Of a stretch of DNA of 64,000 nt, positions 58,831 to 64,000 are shown piece by piece. The stretch lies in the IMG/VR virus record IMGVR_UViG_3300025671_000038. One strand, given 5' to 3'. The DNA is from a virus. The notes below the pieces were generated by a model, which was not told the origin of the DNA, did no database searches, and was given only the letters and a program-made list of their open reading frames with translations. Positions within the stretch are counted from its first letter, which is position 1, and the number at the start of each line of letters is the position of its first letter. A program made the translations under genes and the position numbers.

Positions 58831-61194
58831 TTAAGCAGACCCTGGAACAATATAGATGGATTCCTTCATATGAGAGGGTATTGAATCTATTCCAACTATT
58901 GAGATCCTATCCAAATGCTTATTCTTTGCTTTCAACACAGGGGAGATTTTTTTGAGCGTATCTTTCACAACTAAGAAATCGTCATCCGATACATCACCAT
59001 TTATATTCATGCATTCCAAACAATGAGCATTAGAATGGGATTCTTTTACCGGGACCAAAGAACACATTGCTTCATTTACCATGGGTGATTTAGATCTAAA
59101 GGAACTATTTTTAATTATAGCTTTGGATAGCCCCTCTGCATCCTCGTCATACTTATCAAGAGCCATATCAAGGGCACATTTCCACTCCTCCTTCTTTCCA
59201 TCATATGAAATGAGAGGAGCGAGGAAAACAACGCAATTGTATATGAACCTTTGCTCAGCAGGACTTAGTGTATCCAAATCTATCGAATCCCCGCACACAC
59301 CTTCCATAGATCTTTTTATAGTGCTGAGGGCATTGGTTGGAATATATCCCTTCTTTATATTATTGTCACACGGTTCAAGTGACTCGGAGCAATTTCTATA
59401 CGCGGATTCCATCTCCTTAAGACCATCACTTGCATAATCTGCGTTTTTACCAAACACATCACCTATGGCTTTTGACTTTGTATCTGAATCAACGCCAGCG
59501 AAATTTTTATAGTAGCTAGTATACCAATCACCAAACGAATCAACATCTTCTGAATCATTTCCATGCACTTTAGCATAGCTATTCCAGTTACATGGCTTAT
59601 TTACATTGGTTGAAAGTCTTTTAGTAGGATAGACAGATACATTACCGTCATCACCAACCATTACGAAATGCGAAACCTCTTTATCGTTGTCCACCGCGTC
59701 AGTCCATGATGTTATGAAATCCGAAGGACAAGATCCCTTTAAAGTTTTATCTTCCCTCAAGAAATCCTCAGCTTCAGCGTTTTTATTATAACCCTTTGTT
59801 CTTAAAAGTTTTGCAAGTCTCTCGGCTAACATGACATCCGAGGTAGTAGGCATACCAGTGCTCTGACTGGTCTCTAGCTCTTCCTCATACTTCTTAAGCT
59901 CATCTGATATTCTATCAGGATCAATATATCTCTTGTCCTCAAACAAACCCATAAAGGATCTTACGTCTATTACGGATGATTCCGAAAGATTAGCATAAGA
60001 TTTTCTCATCTTGTCCAGGCAGTCATTTATCGATTCCTTATTCTGTGAAGAAACCTGATCAAGCTTTAATATGGAATCAAGAAGCGATTTATCAATTTCC
60101 CCGTTTACGTTTTTATTATCAAGAGCCCCCTGAATAGCTTTTACTGCAGCAGAAGTTCCTTCTTCAAATTTACCATCAGCACCACCTCTTGGCTCTAGTA
60201 CATTCTTCAGCGGAGAATATGCATCTATTAGAGCTTTCTGAACAGCTTCTATTATTCCGCAACCTCTTAACCTAGGATCAGAATCCTTATCACCCATTTT
60301 TAAAGGGAAAACTCTATCATTCATGCTGGATTCTTTTTCCTCCATCTCTTCCCTTACCTTAATTTCAGTGATACCCTCCTGGGTAAATGCTTTAGTTACA
60401 GCATCCAAAGCACTAGTAAAGAGATCTTGGACATCCGAGAATTTCTGATAAAGGTCGTCATCCTTCTGGATTTTTGCCATCACCTGTTCAGCAGCTTTAA
60501 CCTTGTATTCGTTGTACTCCTTACACAGATTGTCAACCTTTTTCTCTATCTCAACAAGATCTTTCCTTTGGTCACGTGAAGATAGGGAGTCAAGACGCTG
60601 TTTTAATTGAGAAAACAGCCTTTGCCAATCTCTTCCGTACCCATTTTTAGCATCCTTACCTTTAGAATCACAGATAAGAGCTATGAGATTTTTTCTAAGC
60701 CTATCAACCCTACCATCATATCCTATTACAAGTCCCTCATTAAGGGATTTCTCCTTAGCTATCTTATCCATCTCAGTTTGCATCCTAGCAAGAGCTTTCT
60801 CGAAAAGGTCTATGAATTTAGCTTCCTTGGAAGTATCTATCTCTATAGCTCTTTTAACCGCTTCTCCTACGGAACTAAGCGAATCCAAATAAAGCTGTTT
60901 AATCTGAGCAAAATGAGGATCTATAACATCCACATCACTACAGATATCCTTGGCTTTTGCTATGAGATTTTTAACAGAGGAAGAACCAGACATTTCATCA
61001 ACTTTTTTCCTGAATTGGTCAGGATTTCTATTCTTATCAGAAGCAATATCGAAGCAAATCTTCTTGCAATTACTAGCAAGAGTATCTGCCATTCTCTTGA
61101 TAAGATCCTCCACGTTTTGGTTCTCGTTTAAAGAGAGATACGTGCTAGAAAGGCTTCTAGCTACCGGATTGTATCTTAGATATTCTTTTCCCAT
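58831..61194 (-). CDS. Large internal-head-type protein with peptidoglycan-binding domain (start revised to 61194)
   Basis: VQKALI...ADGKFEEGTSAAVKAIQ...VNGEIDKSLL is PG_binding_1-like; long coiled coils; repeated (L/V)NE and xKE motifs. Confidence 0.6.
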   Translation of the reverse strand: MGKEYLRYNPVARSLSSTYLSLNENQNVEDLIKRMADTLASNCKKICFDIASDKNRNPDQFRKKVDEMSGSSSVKNLIAKAKDICSDVDVIDPHFAQIKQLYLDSLSSVGEAVKRAIEIDTSKEAKFIDLFEKALARMQTEMDKIAKEKSLNEGLVIGYDGRVDRLRKNLIALICDSKGKDAKNGYGRDWQRLFSQLKQRLDSLSSRDQRKDLVEIEKKVDNLCKEYNEYKVKAAEQVMAKIQKDDDLYQKFSDVQDLFTSALDAVTKAFTQEGITEIKVREEMEEKESSMNDRVFPLKMGDKDSDPRLRGCGIIEAVQKALIDAYSPLKNVLEPRGGADGKFEEGTSAAVKAIQGALDNKNVNGEIDKSLLDSILKLDQVSSQNKESINDCLDKMRKSYANLSESSVIDVRSFMGLFEDKRYIDPDRISDELKKYEEELETSQSTGMPTTSDVMLAERLAKLLRTKGYNKNAEAEDFLREDKTLKGSCPSDFITSWTDAVDNDKEVSHFVMVGDDGNVSVYPTKRLSTNVNKPCNWNSYAKVHGNDSEDVDSFGDWYTSYYKNFAGVDSDTKSKAIGDVFGKNADYASDGLKEMESAYRNCSESLEPCDNNIKKGYIPTNALSTIKRSMEGVCGDSIDLDTLSPAEQRFIYNCVVFLAPLISYDGKKEEWKCALDMALDKYDEDAEGLSKAIIKNSSFRSKSPMVNEAMCSLVPVKESHSNAHCLECMNINGDVSDDDFLVVKDTLKKISPVLKAKNKHLDRISIVGIDSIPSHMKESIYIVPGSA

Positions 61195-61195
61195 C

Positions 61196-61465
61196 TTAGT
61201 AAATATTTGTTGTGTCCCCAGAATCGGCTTTAGCTTGCATAGCATTAGCTAATGCATTCAAAAGAGCAGGCATTTGCCCAGTGAGTGTTGCTTGTCTTCT
61301 TATACTCGCAGCTTTTTCTACCAAATCGGTAGCTTCCTTCTGTTTTGCTATTTCTTCAGCAATCTCAGCTTGTTTTTCGTTAACATCAGCTTTAGCTTTG
61401 ACTAAATCTTCATTAACACCTTCGAACAAGTGAAATTCGCTTAGCTTTTTAATATTGTTATGCAT
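61196..61465 (-). CDS. Small coiled-coil probable internal head protein
   Basis: MHNNIKKLSEFHLFEGVNE; Ala/Lys/Glu helix. Confidence 0.55.
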   Translation of the reverse strand: MHNNIKKLSEFHLFEGVNEDLVKAKADVNEKQAEIAEEIAKQKEATDLVEKAASIRRQATLTGQMPALLNALANAMQAKADSGDTTNIY

Positions 61466-62351
61466 ATCTTCTAGCGATAGTAATTTTTGTTCTTAAATCC
61501 CTTATCTGACCCATCATCATCTCTCTCAACTCTTTTAGGTCCTTATCCACCGAGCTCTTATCGAGACCTTTTTTCATAGCCTGTCCAACTAATCTATCCT
61601 TCTCAGTATCTAGAGTAGCATACCTTTCATTCCTTTCTGTTGTCATGAATTTGATGAGGTCTTTAATCTGATTCTTTTCTAGACCTTGTGCATACTTTGT
61701 AAATTGAACAGCATTCATGGCCAATATAGGATCTAAAGAGAATTTAGCTCTAGAGATTGTAGAAGTGCTAGGATCTGGAATTTCGAGGGGTTTAGCAAGA
61801 TCGAGTCTGCCGAATTTTTTCCTGAAATTCTCATCCTTCTCTTTCGCCGCTAAAGCAGCTTCCTTATACTTGTCATATAGCTCATCTGCGATATCTTGGT
61901 CGGTGAGCTGCTTAGCAAGTTTATATAGCTTTTCTGTTAATTCAGCTTCAAGCTCTGTTTTTTTCAAATTCCAATAAGAAACAAGTCTTGGGTTTCCTTC
62001 GGTTATCTCTTCCACCTTCTTATCGACCCTCGAAATCTCCGAGGCCTTCTTTTTATTCAAAGCTCCGACAAGTTTCCTGTTTCTATCTATCAGCCTCTCC
62101 AGTTTTTTAGCCTCCGCAGGATCGCTCTTGGTCTGCGCTCTTTGAATCTGCAGCGCATCTATGTCGGTTTGGATTTCGTTCCAATCCCTAGCATATTGGG
62201 TTTCTATCTTGTTTATCTTAGCAAGCAAAGAGTTTATTTTAGCAACAGATCCACCAAAATTCGAGCTCAGCCAGTTTATAATCTTGTCCGTTTTATTGGA
62301 AGATTCGTTAATCTCGCTGTTCCTGCTCCATTCTGAAAATTTTAGCAACAT
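61458..62351 (-). CDS. Coiled-coil probable internal head protein, paralogue of 62353..63453
   Basis: MLLKFSEWSRNSEINE; shared GG...IN, DAL.I.R, I..GN.R...Y motifs. Confidence 0.6.
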   Translation of the reverse strand: MLLKFSEWSRNSEINESSNKTDKIINWLSSNFGGSVAKINSLLAKINKIETQYARDWNEIQTDIDALQIQRAQTKSDPAEAKKLERLIDRNRKLVGALNKKKASEISRVDKKVEEITEGNPRLVSYWNLKKTELEAELTEKLYKLAKQLTDQDIADELYDKYKEAALAAKEKDENFRKKFGRLDLAKPLEIPDPSTSTISRAKFSLDPILAMNAVQFTKYAQGLEKNQIKDLIKFMTTERNERYATLDTEKDRLVGQAMKKGLDKSSVDKDLKELREMMMGQIRDLRTKITIARRYA

Positions 62352-62352
62352 A

Positions 62353-63453
62353 TCAGGATAATTTTTTTGTTAAAGACTTTATCTTAGAATCAGTAGGATT
62401 GTTCGAGAGATCGATAATTTCCTTAGTTAAACCAGATTGTGCGTCTTTACCATCAGTCACCGCTAGATTTATCTTACTGAAAATATCAGTCAGTGAAGTG
62501 GTGTTAGAAAGCTTTTTATCTATCGATTTTTTCCCTCTACCAACACTAGAGTAGAGTGTGTATAGATTCTCCAAAGCATCAATCTCGTTAGCAATAGAGG
62601 TAGACTTCCTCAAAGCAGAGTTTATTTTTCTTTTACTCCCGCCATTTTTCATAGATATCTCCTTCTTAATCGAATTAAGTAGATCCACTAATTCTTCCTT
62701 GAGTGCTTCAGATCTCTCCGCAGTCTTATCCCTTAGATCCATCAAAACCCCAGCGTCTCTATTCCCAACGATCTTTTTGAGTTCTCCTATATCGGATAAA
62801 TCCGAATCCTTTATCGAGCTAGAAGCGCTTTTTCTTGCGGATATCCTGGAGATTAACTCGTCAGCTTTTTTGGAAGCCTCATCAAATTTGGCTTTAAGTT
62901 TTTTAATTTCATCTGAGTCCTCACTGGATTTTCTAGCCATTTCATACTCAAATTTAGAAAGTTCATACTCGTCGTCAGCAAGACCGGTTTCATAATATTC
63001 CTTCCTCCTGTCGTTGCCGTCAATAACTTTATGCATAAGGTCCGCACCTTTTCTCATTTGTGCATTTTTCATCTTGACAAATGCAGAATATTCCTTTTTC
63101 TTCTTATCAATCTCGTTCTCGATTTGTATCAGGGCTTCTCTACTTCCTGCACTACGTGCCTTGTTCCTCTTTATCTCCAATGCATCAAGCTCATCTCTTA
63201 GCTCATATTTCTTAGTGATAATCTCCTTTTTTATATCGAGGTCTCCCTTTCTTATGTTATCTATAAGATTTATTCTGGACAATCCGCCGAGAAGGCTTTT
63301 AGAGAGATTATTCATAAGACTATCTAAGGCTTTCTTCTCAGAAATATCAATCTCCGCATAGTCGGTATAATAGGACTCCAACAAGCTTTCACCTATAGGT
63401 TCCGAGAGATCCCGAAGAGAGATGAAATCCTTATGATTAAGTATTTTACGCAT
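62353..63453 (-). CDS. Coiled-coil probable internal head protein
   Basis: MRKILNHKDF...LSE..GE.LLE; Lys/Glu-rich helices; first gene after the capsid terminator. Confidence 0.6.
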   Translation of the reverse strand: MRKILNHKDFISLRDLSEPIGESLLESYYTDYAEIDISEKKALDSLMNNLSKSLLGGLSRINLIDNIRKGDLDIKKEIITKKYELRDELDALEIKRNKARSAGSREALIQIENEIDKKKKEYSAFVKMKNAQMRKGADLMHKVIDGNDRRKEYYETGLADDEYELSKFEYEMARKSSEDSDEIKKLKAKFDEASKKADELISRISARKSASSSIKDSDLSDIGELKKIVGNRDAGVLMDLRDKTAERSEALKEELVDLLNSIKKEISMKNGGSKRKINSALRKSTSIANEIDALENLYTLYSSVGRGKKSIDKKLSNTTSLTDIFSKINLAVTDGKDAQSGLTKEIIDLSNNPTDSKIKSLTKKLS

Positions 63454-63475
63454 TATGCAATATTCTCATTTATAC

Positions 63476-63483
63476 TATATATC
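63476..63483 (-). promoter_or_regulatory. Putative late promoter GATATATA
   Basis: Exact octamer between the capsid terminator and the ATG at 63453 (22 nt). Confidence 0.7.
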
Positions 63484-63492
63484 CCCACAAAT

Positions 63493-63522
63493 AAAAAAAC
63501 CCCAGGCCGAAGCCTGGGGTTT
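63493..63522 (-). terminator. Intrinsic terminator with C(UUCG)G tetraloop after the major capsid gene
   Basis: Minus strand AAACCCCAGGC-TTCG-GCCTGGGG-TTTTTTT. Confidence 0.92.
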
Positions 63523-63548
63523 AGTATTGATTCTTATTCTATTTTAGA

Positions 63549-64000
63549 TTAAGAAAGACCTCCAGCAGGTACGTTAACGTGGAAGCAGAAGTACATAGTT
63601 TCTGGGTGGAAACCAGCTTCGACTAGAGCGTAACGTGACTTAACTGCTACTTTAGGTGACATAGTACCTTCAGAGATTGTCTGAATAGACTCAGCCATCA
63701 TGTAAGGCATGAACTTAAGTCCTGGTTCGTCGTCACCACCTTTTCTTCCAATAAGAACTCTGTTATCGTTGAACTTCATGTTCTGATCAACGTATACGGT
63801 CATACCAGCAAGCGAACCTACAGGGTAAAGTGTACCGTTGTTCTGAGTCAACGTATTAGAGAAAGGAGCAAAAGTGAATTGAGAGATGTCTTGCAATGCA
63901 CTTGCAACGTTAGCGTTAGTAACGATGAAGTTAGCAGGACCTCTTCTTCCTCTGTTAGCTACTACGTTAGCACCAGCTAGGATTCTAGAGAATAGTCTTC
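63549..64000 (-). CDS. Major capsid protein (T4 gp23-like), C-terminal part; 5' end outside the window
   Basis: Open to the edge: ...ANVVANRGRRGPANFIVTNANVASAL...GSLAGMTVYVD...MPY...T.SPKVAVKSRYAL; strongly biased codons (GCT, AAC, TTC). Confidence 0.92.
   Translation of the reverse strand, partial: RLFSRILAGANVVANRGRRGPANFIVTNANVASALQDISQFTFAPFSNTLTQNNGTLYPVGSLAGMTVYVDQNMKFNDNRVLIGRKGGDDEPGLKFMPYMMAESIQTISEGTMSPKVAVKSRYALVEAGFHPETMYFCFHVNVPAGGLS

Noticed and set aside
60607-63361. Plus-strand ORFs 60607..61131, 61717..61977, 62558..62995 and 63014..63361 with hydrophobic, membrane-like sequence
   Set aside because: Phe/Leu/Ser-rich antisense shadows of Lys/Glu-rich coiled-coil genes; no independent promoter or motif support.
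1-64000. Stop-codon reassignment, introns, inteins or DGR elements typical of some huge phages
   Set aside because: ORFs of up to 1844 aa tile the window in code 11. I saw no split genes, homing-endonuclease or intein motifs, reverse transcriptase, or adenine-variable repeat pairs.

Overview
This 64-kb window looks like the morphogenesis region of a T4-like jumbo or huge myophage. It reads in the standard genetic code, is densely coded and lies almost entirely on the minus strand. In transcription order (right to left) it holds the 3' end of a gp23-like major capsid gene with a UUCG-loop terminator, about 9-10 probable internal head proteins carrying T4-type capsid-targeting motifs, and an accessory block (glycosyltransferases, NMP kinase, AsnB, Nudix). 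A baseplate/neck module follows (gp53, gp27, gp5, gp13, gp25, gp6 and gp7-like), with a four-domain ribosomal protein S1 homologue and an amidoligase-like gene inserted in it. Next come very large tail and fibre proteins (PKD, beta-propeller, FnIII, collagen), a spanin-like protein, a tail-tube-fold protein and RuvC. At the left edge is a nucleotidyltransferase, cupin and RuBisCO-like protein cluster; the RuBisCO-like ORF is cut by the window edge and missing from the supplied ORF track. A GATATATA octamer precedes many genes and is probably the late promoter. Several clues point to a Bacteroidota host. The best candidates for an undescribed system are (i) an RLP-based sugar pathway with dispersed glycosyltransferases, possibly for virion glycosylation, and (ii) a late-expressed phage S1 with a Bacteroidota-type N-terminal motif. 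All assignments come from motif recognition by eye; no searches were run. No tRNA, rRNA, CRISPR array or transposase was seen.
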